NCBI GenBank assembly: GCA_951406725.2 | Contig: OX597831.1 | Coordinates: 19,716,001 to 19,780,000, forward strand | Source: Octopus vulgaris | Taxonomy: Eukaryota | Direction of reading: 5' to 3' | DNA length: 64,000 nucleotides | Part shown: positions 51,262-63,808 of the stretch, one piece after another | How positions within the stretch are numbered: the stretch's first letter is position 1 | Layout: every line of letters starts with the position of its first letter | Notes under the pieces: model-generated | What the model saw: the letters and a program-made list of their open reading frames with translations, nothing else | The model's database searches: none | Told to the model about the DNA's origin: nothing | Position numbers and translations under genes: made by a program

Positions 51262-51632
51262 CCAACCGCATGGTTCCGAGTTCAGTCCCACTGCGTGGCA
51301 CCTTGGGCAAGTGTCTTCTACTATAGCCTCGGGCCGACCAAAATCCTTGTGAGTGGATTTGGTAGACGGAAACTGAAACAAGCCCGTCGTATATATGTAT
51401 AAATATACATGTGTATGTGCATGTGTGTGTGTTTGTGTCTGTGTTTGTCCCCCTAGCATTGCTTGACAACCGATGCTGGCGTGTTTACGTCCCTGGAACT
51501 TAGCGGTTCGGCAAAAGAGAACGATAGAATAAGTATTGGGCTTACAAAGAATAAGTCCCAGCGTCGAGTTGCTCGATTAAAGGCGGTGCTCCAGCATGGC
51601 CGCAGTCAAATGACTGAAACAAGCAAAAGAGT
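51259..51632 (+). mobile_element. SINE family A, 5' clipped by (TA)n
   Basis: High identity to about 9498-9862. Confidence 0.9.
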
Positions 51633-51902
51633 ATATATATATGTATATATAATTTTATATTTCATTGCAGAATTTCCTTTTGTATACACACATGCACACA
51701 CACACATACATACACACACAAAAGTATGTATATATGCGAGTGTTCCTATATGTATATCTACATTCATGTACGCATATATGTACGTGTGTGTGTACGTGAG
51801 TATATTTATATGAATACTACATATAATATACATTTTGCATATACACGTATATATAAATATACAAACATATATATGTATATATATGTGGGGGTGTATGTAT
51901 AA

Positions 51903-51950
<48 letters not shown>

Positions 51951-52438
51951 ATATATGTATGTATAATGTATATTTATATATACGTATTTATACGTAAGTA
52001 TGTATGTATGTCTATGCAATTTTAAAATTTATTGTCGAAAATTAGATTGCATTATTCCATATAATATGTTACGATATTTTTCTTCATCTCTTCAAACAAA
52101 TAAAATCTCTAACTTCACTCACAAAGAAATAACTTAAACAGAGAAAGGGAATATTTTAATTCGAATACCTCAATATGAACAAAAAGATAAAGAAAGACAT
52201 GTTATAAATACACAGATATGGTTTTTCGATTCTAATGAAAATTGGTTAAACTAGACATGTTTAATATCATTATTACAAGTGGTAAATATATAAGATAAAC
52301 ATATTGCAATATTTGAGCGACGTGTATTCGTACCGACTATAATAACATATTCCGACATATATATATATATATATATAATATTGTCTACGTAAATATTTAC
52401 AGACATGACTACATACATACACACATATTTGCATATAC

Positions 52439-52551
<113 letters not shown>

Positions 52552-52677
52552 TACATATGCATATACACATATATATATGCACACACACATATACACACAC
52601 GCACGCACAAACATATTGTCTACGTAAATATTTACATACATGAGTACACGCATCACACACATATATATGCAGATACA

Positions 52678-53045
52678 AGCGCGCCTGTGTGGTAAGTAGC
52701 TTGCTTCCATACAACACAGTTCAGGGTTCAGTCCCACTGCGCAACAACTTGGACAAGTGCTTTCTACTATAGCCTCGGGCCGACCAACGCCTTGTGAGTG
52801 GATTTGGTAGATTGAAGCTGAAAGAGGCTTGTCGTATATGTGTGTGTGTGTGTGTGTCACCAATGCTAGACCACCTGTACTGTTGCATTTACGTCTACGT
52901 AACAGCAGTTCATCATAGAAGCTCGATAGAGTACGTGCTGTGCTTAAAATATAATAAGATCTGGTGTCGATTTGTTCAGCTAAAACCCTTCAAGGCGAGG
53001 CCTCAGCATGGCCACAGGCAACTGACTGAAACAAGTAAAAGATCA
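52678..53045 (+). mobile_element. SINE family A, diverged
   Basis: A/B boxes and tail recognisable. Confidence 0.8.
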
Positions 53046-53089
53046 AAGTTGATAGTGCGCGCGCGTGTGTGTGTGTGTATGTTGGATCA

Positions 53090-54113
53090 AAATACCTGCG
53101 AGTTAACATGGGATCTCTTGACGATGAAGTAACATTCATTTGAAGTAATTACTACTTCCCACGTTGTGGCGAGTGCAACAGGGGAAACGGAAGAAGTTGT
53201 ACTTCTACTCACGTACCTTGGAAGTAAGGCTTCTAAGGTGGGGCTAGAAAGAAATCCACCCGATACAGAAGTGACTTGTGTTGCGGCAGCTGTCCTCGTT
53301 GGAATTGAGGAGGAGATGGCCGACCTCCAAGCCACAGAAGCGGAGGACGGAGGATGGAGAGGAAAAACACTGGACCTCATTACACAGGCAGAGGAGAGGC
53401 ATTTGGAGAGCTTGGCGGAGATGGTGACGTTGGGAGAGATTGTGTTAAGAGTGCGGGTGGAGGGCAGAGTCCCACGATGTTTTAAATGAGGCCAAAAGGT
53501 CCACATTAGAACGCACTGCCCTCTGTAGAGGAAAATAACAAAAGAAGCGGAATTGGAGACGGAGGAGAAAAGAGAAGAACAGACAGACGGAGGGAATAAG
53601 GAGGAAGAGTGGATAGTGACAGAGAGTAAAAGGAAGAACAGTGAGTATGATGTGGTACCCCCAAACCAACTGCATCCCATCCAAGACCACTCAGACCCAC
53701 CCTCCCCATACAGACACCAAATCCATCCACACCCTTTCCCCACAGGAAAAAAAAGAAGAAAGAACAGACATCACAAAATTTACAAGACCCTTCCCCCGTT
53801 GGAAAAGGTTATGTGTATATGGAGGAGAGATGGGGAAAAAGGAAAGACTAGATTAAAGACTAAAGAAGACTCAGGACTCAGAGGGGGCGAGTGGCGTTAC
53901 TCAGTGTCAGGTGAGTAACACACTTTCCCTATTCTCATTTATCAGTTATCATTCATGTTATCCTCATTTCAATATTTTGATTTTAATGTTTTTCATGTTC
54001 ATTTACATGTGTCACTCATAGCATCATATTTTTATTTTAATTGTAATATGTCCCCACATGTGTTCTAGTGTCCCCCCCCCATGTAATGCCTTTATGGCAA
54101 TTTAAAAGAAATT
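53090..54113 (+). mobile_element. Gag/ORF1-like zinc-knuckle remnant without RT
   Basis: LRVRVEGRVPRCFK*GQKVHIRTHCP is a decayed CX2CX4HX4C; purine-rich body; tail gcaatttaaaagaaatt. Confidence 0.5.
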
Positions 54114-54309
54114 AAGTAGCTTGCTTACCAACCACATGGTTCCACATGATGTCTCTATAGTCCCTTAATTTAGAGGTTCGCAAAAAAGAGACCGATAGAA
54201 TAAGTACTAAGCTTTAAAAATATGTACTGGGGTCGATTCGTTCGAATTAAATTCTTTGAGGTTGTACAGTCTAAAGACAGAAACGAATGGAAGAAACATG
54301 AAGCATACA

Positions 54310-54367
<58 letters not shown>

Positions 54368-54573
54368 CAGTAATCCCTTGACTATTGCGGGTGTTACGTT
54401 CCAAAACCCCCGTGATGGGTGAAATTCCGCGAAGTAGAAACAGTAGTGTACCGTATATTTTTTTATAATTTATATATATTTACTATAAATGCAAAACAAC
54501 ACCACGGATTAATCAACGTAAGCTGAAATAATAAACCGCGATAGGCGAACCGCGATATGGTGAAGGATTACTG
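54368..54573. mobile_element. pogo/Tigger-like MITE
   Basis: cagtaatccct... / ...aaggattactg termini with TA flanks; internal accgcgata repeats. Confidence 0.75.
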
Positions 54574-54614
54574 TATATATGTGTGTGTGTGTATGTGCGT
54601 GTATATGTATGTAT

Positions 54615-54615
<1 letters not shown>

Positions 54616-54686
<71 letters not shown>

Positions 54687-54704
54687 GTAGATAGATAGAC
54701 AGAC

Positions 54705-54748
<44 letters not shown>

Positions 54749-54753
54749 GGATG

Positions 54754-54801
<48 letters not shown>

Positions 54802-54803
54802 GG

Positions 54804-54878
<75 letters not shown>
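54616..54878. repeat. (GATA)/(GACA)n microsatellite
   Basis: Direct read. Confidence 0.95.
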
Positions 54879-54879
<1 letters not shown>

Positions 54880-54884
54880 GATAT

Positions 54885-54921
<37 letters not shown>

Positions 54922-54924
54922 CAT

Positions 54925-55910
54925 ATCGGTTCGCGGAACAACTCCGAGACATCCGACTCAGCAATGACACCCCGGTCTCGCGCCATTTCCGCTCTACCGG
55001 TCACTCTTTGCAACACTTGTACATGTTCGGATCGTCCTTGCACTGGGGCCATCCGGACTCCCGTTTGCGTTGTGAACAGGGATTAATCTTCTCTCTTCGC
55101 TCCTTTGCGCCACATGGGCTCAACTCTCCTCCCCTCTTCATCTAACCTGCTCCCATCACCTCTCTCCCCCTCACACCTACTTCCCCCTACCCACCTCTCC
55201 TCTCTTGCTCCGACTCCTACTTCTCTTCACTCTTACTCTCCTTCGCTCTTCTCTTCACTCCTACCCGGCTTCTCCTCCCCCTTCATCGTCACCTCTCCCT
55301 CGTTAGACCACCCCACCCCTACACATTCCAACCCCACCTTCCTTATCCTTCTCATCCCACCCCACCCCCATCCCTCACACACCACACCCACATACTGCAC
55401 ATCTACCCCCACCTTCTGCCTACCCACATACCCCACCCTCAGCCTAACCCACAACCCAGGCTTGCTTTCCCAACTCACACCTCCCCACCTCCCAATACCC
55501 TTATACTACACCACACACCACACAACACATCATATCACAACACACCAGCACGACCACTTTCCAGCCCCACATTTTCACACCTACACATACACACACGCAT
55601 ACGTCAAGATCACCAGCCCTCTTCCACACGCACATACATACTCTCTTATACACACGAACGCGCACCTTCGTTTTAGGATCACCACTACTTTATAATCTCC
55701 CCTTCATCCTAGCTCTCCTGTGTGACCCTTCTGTTCGGCATTCGCCATGATAGATCGCTAACCACTACACATTCTTTATTTTCTCTCCTTGTTTCTTTCA
55801 GTGTTCCTTTCTGTGGAAGAGCGTAGGCTCGAAAAGTTGAAGACTTCCCGAGCATTATACCAATACATCTGTTTCTTATCTTCGTCTTTTATTTTTTGTG
55901 AATTCTCTAC
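54925..55910 (+). mobile_element. 3' part of a Neptune-like PLE (GIY-YIG end, C/A-rich UTR, terminal module)
   Basis: [27 protein letters not shown]...[17 protein letters not shown], homologous to 44682-44900; (TA)n on both flanks. Confidence 0.85.
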
Positions 55911-56331
55911 ATATATATATATATATATATGGACCAGAAGAACACCAAACTAGCAATAAACTAAAGTGTATAAACAGTCAATTTATAATTTGTGAATTAA
56001 AAATACAAATTTCTCAACTTTAAAACACAGTAGCATTTTAATTATCGATTCAATATAACTTCCACAGAAGGCATTCAAATAAAAAAAATTTATTCGTTTA
56101 TCAAAGGTTTTCCAGTTGAAAGAACCTTTCCTCTCATCTATTATGAGCCTCATTAAGAATGCAATAAAACTCTGACTATCATATTTCAAATTCTATCCTT
56201 ATTTGTATTCATTCTGGAGTTTTGTCTCAAGTTCTGACAATTTTTTAATGCGATTAATTGCTACATACTGTTTTCTTTCAATTTTCATTAATATGAATAT
56301 ATATATTTATATATATATGAATATATATATA

Positions 56332-56409
<78 letters not shown>

Positions 56410-56619
56410 GAAATAGAAAGATGAATAATCTTGTTGCAGATTAATCAAAAGTTTAACCGATACCTTGGAAGCAAAAATCACAGCAGAAGACAGCACGGTT
56501 GGAGGTACAACCATATGGTGTTGCAACCGTGCGTTGGTGTGGATAATTATATTTTAATATTATTAGTGAATTGAAGAAATGGAGTTGAACGAAGATTGAA
56601 CAGAAATCGTTTTATTGCA

Positions 56620-56699
56620 TTCTACACGTGTTTCGAAAGGCACAATTTACCAAATTCCGATTGAATAAGGAGACCATATTGTGTCTTTCTCTTCAGGAA
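56620..56699 (-). ncRNA. Type I minimal hammerhead
   Basis: Inverted copy of 56830-56909. Confidence 0.85.
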
Positions 56700-56829
56700 G
56701 AAATAGGAAATCCGTTGGAAAAAACAAAAACAGAACAGAGGCGGAGCAAAACAAATCGAACGAGGCTCCTAAGAGCCCATGGCCAAATTGCCATGGGCTC
56801 TTTGTTTTTTCCAACGGATTTCCTATTTC

Positions 56830-56909
56830 TTCCTGAAGAGAAAGACACAATATCGTCTCCTTATTCAATCGGAATTTGGTAAATTGTGCCTTTCGAAACA
56901 CGTGTAGAA
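56830..56909 (+). ncRNA. Type I minimal hammerhead
   Basis: UUC-CUGAAGA-GAAAGACACAAU...AUUGUGCCUUUC-GAAAC-ACGU-GUA/GAA; palindromic loop III. Confidence 0.85.
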
Positions 56910-56966
56910 TGCAATAAAACGATTTCTGTTCAATCTTCGTTCAACTCCATTTCTTCAATTCACTAA

Positions 56967-57017
<51 letters not shown>

Positions 57018-57145
57018 TCATATATATTTTTGTGTATATATATATATATATGTATATGTATATAATATATATATGTATATATATATACATATATATACAC
57101 ATATATATATGCATATATATTTGTATATAATATATGTATATATAC

Positions 57146-57193
<48 letters not shown>

Positions 57194-57639
57194 TATATAT
57201 ATACATATACATATATATACATAAATATATACACACACGCACACACACATATATATATATGATTGTGCGTGTGTGTGTGCATCTGAATGTGTATATAATT
57301 ACGCAAATCTGATGTATGTGTGCGTATATGTATGTGGATATATCTTGTTTGTTGCTTTGTTTTTATTAACTATTTGATTTTTCTTCGACTCTAAGTAACG
57401 ATCTGGTTGCTAACAAAGTAAACAAAGCCTCATCGTTGGATTTTGCATAACAAAAGCGATGCGGGTTAGACAAGTCTTACGTAATTTTACTGATCACCAC
57501 ACAGATTGTATTTGTAAAGTGCTTGAAAACCCAATTTTTTTTTATTCTGCCGCTGAGATATCTACTAATAATAAAAAACATATCTGCCAATTAATTATAA
57601 TTATAAATGTGAATTTAAAACTGAGTATTGAAGCTGTTA

Positions 57640-57988
57640 AGGTGAATGGCTCGGTGGCTAAAGTGTCGGGCTCGCAATCATGAGGTAGTGAGTTCGAATC
57701 CCGCACCGGGCTGCATGTTGTGTTCGTTAACAAGACACCTTATTTCATGTTGCTCCAGTTCACTCAGCTGTAGAAATGGGTTGCGACGTCACTGGTGCCA
57801 ATCTGTATTGGTATTTGCTTTCCCTTGGATAACACTGGTGGCGTGGTGAGGGGGAGGCTGGTATGCATGGACGATTGCTGGCCTCCCATAAACAATCTGG
57901 CCCGATCTTTTGCCACGGAGGGTAACTTTCTAGGTGCAATCCCCTGGTTATTAATGACAAAAGGGTGGGAGTCTTTACCCTTTACCCT
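57640..57988 (+). mobile_element. tRNA-derived CORE-like SINE
   Basis: A box tggctcggtgg, B box gagttcgaatcc; gttgctccagttcactcagctgtagaaatg; (tttacc)n tail; sister copy at 62102-62440. Confidence 0.85.
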
Positions 57989-58146
57989 ATTGCAGCTGTA
58001 AGTTTCTAAGTTGTTTGTAATACTCCCCTTCGTGATTTTTAAAGGGTTCTTAAAGTACATTCCTATGAAGAAGTGGAAATAGGTAATCTCATCGACTATA
58101 TTATACTCACAAAATAATAAGGTCTATATTTAGGTAGTTGATTGTA

Positions 58147-58494
58147 TTACTCTTTTACTCTCTTAGCTGTTTCAGTCATTTGACTGCGGCCATGCTCGAG
58201 CACCGCCTTTAGTCGAGCAAATCAACCCCAGGAGTTATTCTTTGTAAGCCTAGTACTTATTCTATCGTTCTCTTTTGCCGAACCGCTAAATTACGGGGAC
58301 GTAAACACACCAGCGTCGGTTGTCAAGCGATGTTGAGGGGGAGGACAAACACAGACACGCAAACATATATACGACGGGTTTCTTTTAGTTTCCGTCTACC
58401 AAATCCATTTGTCCAAGGTGCCATGCAGTGGGACTGAACCCAGAACCATGTGGCTGGTAAGCAAGCTACTTACCATACAGCCACTCCTGTGCCT
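58147..58494 (-). mobile_element. SINE family A with internal deletion
   Basis: Reverse complement of 9466-9865. Confidence 0.88.
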
Positions 58495-59085
58495 ATTAAT
58501 AAAAATTCCTTGTATTGATACAGAAGCACAATTTTTGAGTTGTACAGAACGGTTTAATTCGAGAGATAACTGATATTCAACTTAACTTCAAATATTGTAA
58601 ATACCTTTTGAACTGTTAATACAAAGAAACGTAAACGTTATAATAAAATAAATTCCATTCGACATTCTGCAATTCTGCTACGCCACCGCAAAATAGCACT
58701 GTACACTTCTATACAGAAATAATCTTGATAATTTCTAAGAAAAATCTTCGTCCAGCACAAATTGTGAAGGACACATCTGTCACAAGAAACTCGTTGCAAG
58801 ATTACTTCTAACAGTCGACCTAACATACATGCTTGACTGAATCCAAACAGTATCAACATTCCTGTATCAAACCGCCTCCATTATTCTTTCCTCTCCACCC
58901 ACGACCACAAGCATAAATTTCTCCTGTCTTTCTATATCCATTTCTTACACGATCACCTCTTTCTGACTATAAACCCACTTGTACGACGACTAAGAAACAC
59001 TCAGCCATAAACATTATATATTAATCAAACTTTTGAGGTGTTGAGAGATCGTTTAATTAAAACTACAATCTTTTATATATATGCA

Positions 59086-59131
<46 letters not shown>

Positions 59132-59649
59132 TGCATGTATGTGTGCATGTATGCCATTGTTCAGTTTTATTTCAAGATTTCTTGCTAATGGAGAAAGAGC
59201 CGGTTTCTTACCTTGGTCCAAGGTCTCTTCATTGGAATTTCAAAATCAACAACAGGGTATTCTTGTTTGTATGTATGTTTGTATGTATGTATGTATGTCT
59301 AACAATAATTGACTACTCAAAAATAAATGCTAAATCTTTCTCAAATCGTATCTCACAGACTCTACCATTAAAACCAAGTAAAGGACACAAACGCAATGTA
59401 GGCATCGGTGTAGCATTTCTGAGCGGTGTGATGACAATAACAGTTCTGACTACAGATGTCTGTGAAAGACACTGTCCGGACATATTTGCATTTAACATCA
59501 TTGCTTAGCTATAAGTAAAAATAATAACACGAGCACAAACCTCTACCAATGCAACACCAACGTCCTCCTAACGATTAGCCAGAGATGATTTTTAAAATGA
59601 GAATATCTTAAATAAACTCGACTGCTCTCACATACGAGGATACTAAACA

Positions 59650-59880
59650 TGAACCCAACCGCTCACAAAAATTTAGAGAATAAAACGGAAAAATAATCCA
59701 GAACCCTTGTCCGGTACCAAATCGATTCCAAATTCTAATCAATTCGTACCAGTCGCAAGGCCAAACGCCCCTAAAAACTTTATCTGAATCCATCCAGCGA
59801 TTCTTGAGATATCTTGTCCACGGACAAACAAACGCGACTGAAAATAATACATCCGCTTTAGCGAAGGCAGAGGTAATAAA
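59650..59880. mobile_element. Possible Helentron-associated (HINE/DINE-1-like) element end
   Basis: cggacaaacaaac...gaaaataatacatccgctttagcgaaggcagaggtaataa: tetranucleotide run followed by a terminal hairpin. Confidence 0.45.
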
Positions 59881-60852
59881 AGATTAGAACTAAAACAGAG
59901 CTGCCTTTGAACATTCGTTTATCTATCAACTGAAAACCAGCACAATCATGGAACCATTGAATATACACAGTGACGACTTAAATGACAGAAAATTCAACTT
60001 TGAACGTATTACTTTAGCATGGACTTGACTATGAAAGCTAAAACAAAATAAAAAATAAAAAAGAAGTTTGTAAAAGATCTGCTAAGATATCTATGTCTCG
60101 GTTCACCATAGGGGTTGCCTGAAACTTGAAAATATAAGTCAGGATGATCCTGGAACTGATCTGGAGCTAAAAAGAAGCCACATTTTAAAAAGTATATGAA
60201 AAAAATTCGAAGTGTAATTATTGTGGTGTCAGCTAATTAACATTTGTGATAATTAACATTTCGAGTTAAGTAACATTCGTTAATTAAAGTTTGCAACCAG
60301 AAAGAATCATTAATGGATAATCAGATTAATAAATTAGGAAAAAATTGTGACGTCAAAAAACATTTTATTTTAAATTTTTTTTCAAATTTTTCCAGTGCCA
60401 GCAGTTTTTGAGGGGAGGGGACGGCGATTACATCAACACCAGTCCTTGACTGGCAGTTATTTCATCGAACCCCGAGGGATAAAATGTAAAATCGACCCCA
60501 GTTTGAGATCAGAACATAAAGACGGACGAAATGCCGCAACGCATTATGTCCGGAATGCTAGCAGTTTAGCCAGTTCGCTGCATTAGATTTACCTAAAAAA
60601 CATTAAAAGTAAGGGAACAGCTAAACTTGAGTCAATAGAGTGTTAGACAGAACACTTCACTGTATTTGTTTAGGAACTCTACTATCTGAGTTCAAATCCC
60701 ATCACGGTTAAATCTGTCTTTCGTCTTTTCAGGGTCAATAAAGAAGCATCAAGCGAAAATGGTGGATTGACAGAACGGTAAAAATGCTGGGCCGGATAAC
60801 TTGCAGTATTTACTCCAATTCTTTACGTTTCGAGTTCAAATTCCACCATAAC

Positions 60853-61377
60853 CCGCAGTGGTGGAAAGATTAAGCTCACTGCAATCCCCCATCCTCCAGG
60901 GCCATTGAAGAAACTGTTGTCATCAAGATTCCAAGCACTTCCAAAACAAAATTAGACAATACAACGCTGCACTACAGATGACATCATATGGAACTACAAG
61001 AGACTTAACTGAGTCACAATTCATGCAAACTTTCAAGATCCAAGGTCAGATTTATCATCGGATTGGCCTCTGTCAAAGGAATCACCAAAATCGGCCTTTT
61101 ATTCTTTATAATATGTACCTGTTTTTTTCTTTTACCAAAATAAACTACAGAAAACGTGCTTTGGATTACGTGTTTTTACTTTATATATATATATGAGTTG
61201 AAAACTTTCTTTTAACATTTCACTTAACGTCTATATTCTATGCTGGCATGGGTTGGAGAGTTATTAATGTAGAAAGTTGGTATCTTAGCTACTAGTAGTT
61301 GAAACCTGCGTGATCAAGACGGCGCTTTTAAATTTCATTATTCTCTTTAACCCGGGCAACGCTGGGTATATCTGCTA

Positions 61378-61379
<2 letters not shown>
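60853..61379 (+). mobile_element. Helitron remnant (RepHel N-terminal piece + 3' end)
   Basis: SGGKIKLTAIPHPPGPLKKLL...SKHFQNKIRQYNAALQMTSYG...TFKIQGQIYHRIG; 3' hairpin cccgggcaacgctggg then CTAG|T at 61375-61379. Confidence 0.8.
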
Positions 61380-61416
<37 letters not shown>

Positions 61417-61421
<5 letters not shown>

Positions 61422-62057
61422 CTCTTTCAATTTCAGAATTACAACTATTGGCGGTTTGAGTTTGGCTGCTCTTTCTAGTGAGTCGGATGTCCTATTATGG
61501 CAATTCCTTATATTTTTGAATGTAAATTATATAGTCTTTGACTATTTTTTCTTTCTCGCTAGACCGCTGGTAGCGGAAAATTTTTTCTAGAATTTTTTGC
61601 TACCCTTATATTTATTAATTAATGATTTTTTGACTAATTTTGAAATTAAATCAGCAGTTTATATTTGCTACTGAGAAGACCGCGCGATTTCTGTAGAATT
61701 TTGAAAATTTATAGCATATAGACTGGAGCCTTCTTTACCATTGCCTCGTGGATATATGTTCGTCCTTGGCTTCTCTGCTGACGAGACACGCCAGTTGCAA
61801 ATAAATTTAATTTAATTTAATTAATTTGTTTACCACAGTTTGCCGAAACTATGCATAGACCAGAGATGAAAGGGTAAACGTTTTTATTTCTCTTTCAATT
61901 TCAGAATTACAACTATTAGCGGTTTGAGTTTGGCTGGTCTTTCTAGTGAGTCGGATGTCCTATTATGGCCATTCCTTATATTTTTGAATGTAAATTATAT
62001 AGTCTTTGACTATTTGTTCTCTCTCACTAGACCGCTGGTAGCGGAAAATTTTTCTAG

Positions 62058-62063
<6 letters not shown>
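61417..62063 (+). mobile_element. ORF-less direct-repeat hammerhead element (retrozyme-like), 468-nt period
   Basis: About 180-bp direct repeats 61417-61596 and 61885-62063; hammerhead in the spacer; (TA)n on both sides. Confidence 0.8.
61772..61866 (+). ncRNA. Type I hammerhead motif, cleavage triplet variant
   Basis: UCUCUG-CUGACGA-long stem II-GAAA-CUAUGCAUAG-AC/CAGAGA; U16.1 replaced by A. Confidence 0.65.
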
Positions 62064-62101
<38 letters not shown>

Positions 62102-62105
<4 letters not shown>

Positions 62106-62440
62106 GGTAAAGACCCCCTTCGGTCATGAATGACCATGGGATTGCACCTAGAAAGTTACCCTCCTAGACACAAGTCCGGGCAAGGTTGTTTATGGAAGGC
62201 TAGCAGTCGCCCATGCATACCGGCCTCCCCTCTCCACGCCACCAGTGTTATCCAAGGGAAAGACAAAGGTCGATACAGCTTGGCACCTGTGACGTCGCAA
62301 CTCATTTCTACAGCTGAGTGAACTGGAGCAACGTGAAATAAAATGCCTTGCTCGAGAACACAACACGCAGCCCGGTCCGGGATTCGAGCTCACAACCTCA
62401 CGATCGTAAGCTCGACGCTCTAACCACTGAGCCATGCGCC
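62102..62440 (-). mobile_element. tRNA-derived CORE-like SINE
   Basis: Reverse complement matches 57640-57988. Confidence 0.88.
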
Positions 62441-62441
62441 T

Positions 62442-62486
<45 letters not shown>

Positions 62487-62523
62487 ATATATGTATATAT
62501 ATATATATATGTATATATATATG

Positions 62524-62554
<31 letters not shown>

Positions 62555-62579
62555 GTATCTATATATGTATATATATATG

Positions 62580-62626
<47 letters not shown>

Positions 62627-62628
<2 letters not shown>

Positions 62629-62938
62629 TGGCGCAATGGCCTAGTGGTTAGGGCAGCGAACTCGCGGTTGTAAGATCGCGGTTTCGATTCCCAGACCGGG
62701 CGTTGTGAGTGTTTATTGAGCGAAAAACACCTAAAGCTCCACGAGGCTCCGACAGGGGGTGGTGGCGATCCCTGCTGTACTCTTTCGCCACAATTTTCTC
62801 TCACTCTTTCTTCTGTTGGCCTGCTCGCTTAGCCAGCGGGGTGGCGTCATTTGAAGGCTAAAACAATGCAAAGCGCATTGTGACCAGCGATGTGTAGCAA
62901 CATCTGATAGCCTGGTCGGTCATGGTGATCATGGTGAT
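62627..62938 (+). mobile_element. Full-length tRNA-derived SINE
   Basis: A box tggcctagtgg, B box ggtttcgattcc; tail shared with 1653-1772 and 7800-7920. Confidence 0.88.
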
Positions 62939-63102
62939 ATATATATATATATATATAATTTCATATTTATATTGTATTTATTATTTTAGATTTACTGTTT
63001 TATATTTATATTTCACATATTATTTTACATATTCATATACTATGTTATATATTATTTTATATATTCATATATTATTTTATATATTTTTATGAATGAATAT
63101 AA

Positions 63103-63138
<36 letters not shown>

Positions 63139-63319
63139 TGTATGTATGTATGTATGTATGTATGTATGTGTGTGTGTGTGTGTGTGCATGCATGTATGTA
63201 TAAAACGTAAAAGACTTCATTTTTCTCGGAAGTTAAACTACTACACCTGTTTGTTGTTCCTACACCTGTCTTCGCCTTTTGTTTTTTTATAAATTTCAAC
63301 TATACATACATATATATAT

Positions 63320-63390
<71 letters not shown>

Positions 63391-63490
63391 GGAGTAAACA
63401 CATAAATGTGAAACAAAGTGGAAAAAAAGAGTACTCAAATACCAGTGGTAGAGTAATATGCTCTATTTAAAGCAGCAGAAAATTCAACAA

Positions 63491-63534
63491 AATCTGTTAC
63501 TCTGAGTTTCTCGTTGCCGTTCATCAGACAGATT
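63491..63534 (-). ncRNA. Type I hammerhead
   Basis: Inverted copy of 63542-63585. Confidence 0.8.
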
Positions 63535-63541
63535 CTAGCAA

Positions 63542-63585
63542 AATCTGTCTGATGAACGGCAACGAGAAACTCAGAGTAACAGATT
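63542..63585 (+). ncRNA. Type I hammerhead
   Basis: AAUCUGU-CUGAUGA-ACG GCAA CGA-GAAACU CAG AGUA/ACAGAUU; canonical core, 7-bp stem I. Confidence 0.8.
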
Positions 63586-63614
63586 TTGTTGAATTTTCTG
63601 CTGCTTTAAATAAA

Positions 63615-63652
<38 letters not shown>

Positions 63653-63713
63653 TCAGGGTGAATACTCGATAATTGTAAGCACCTGTATATACCATTTAGT
63701 GGTGTAGAAAAAT

Positions 63714-63808
<95 letters not shown>

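Larger units (their letters stand above)
56555..56974. mobile_element. 420-bp palindromic double-hammerhead element
   Basis: About 174-bp arms 56555-56728 and 56801-56974, near-identical; central hairpin 56771-56802. Confidence 0.9.
63389..63615. mobile_element. Palindromic double-hammerhead mini-element in (TA)n
   Basis: Arms at about 63461-63534 and 63542-63615; left arm extends to ccggagtaaacac; same family as 41327-41553 in opposite orientation. Confidence 0.88.

Noticed and set aside
56628-56901. Two 84-aa ORFs with identical N-termini on opposite strands
   Set aside because: Consequence of the palindrome
57640-57715. tRNA genes (also 62627-62700, 9466-9545)
   Set aside because: tRNA-like SINE heads continuous with SINE bodies
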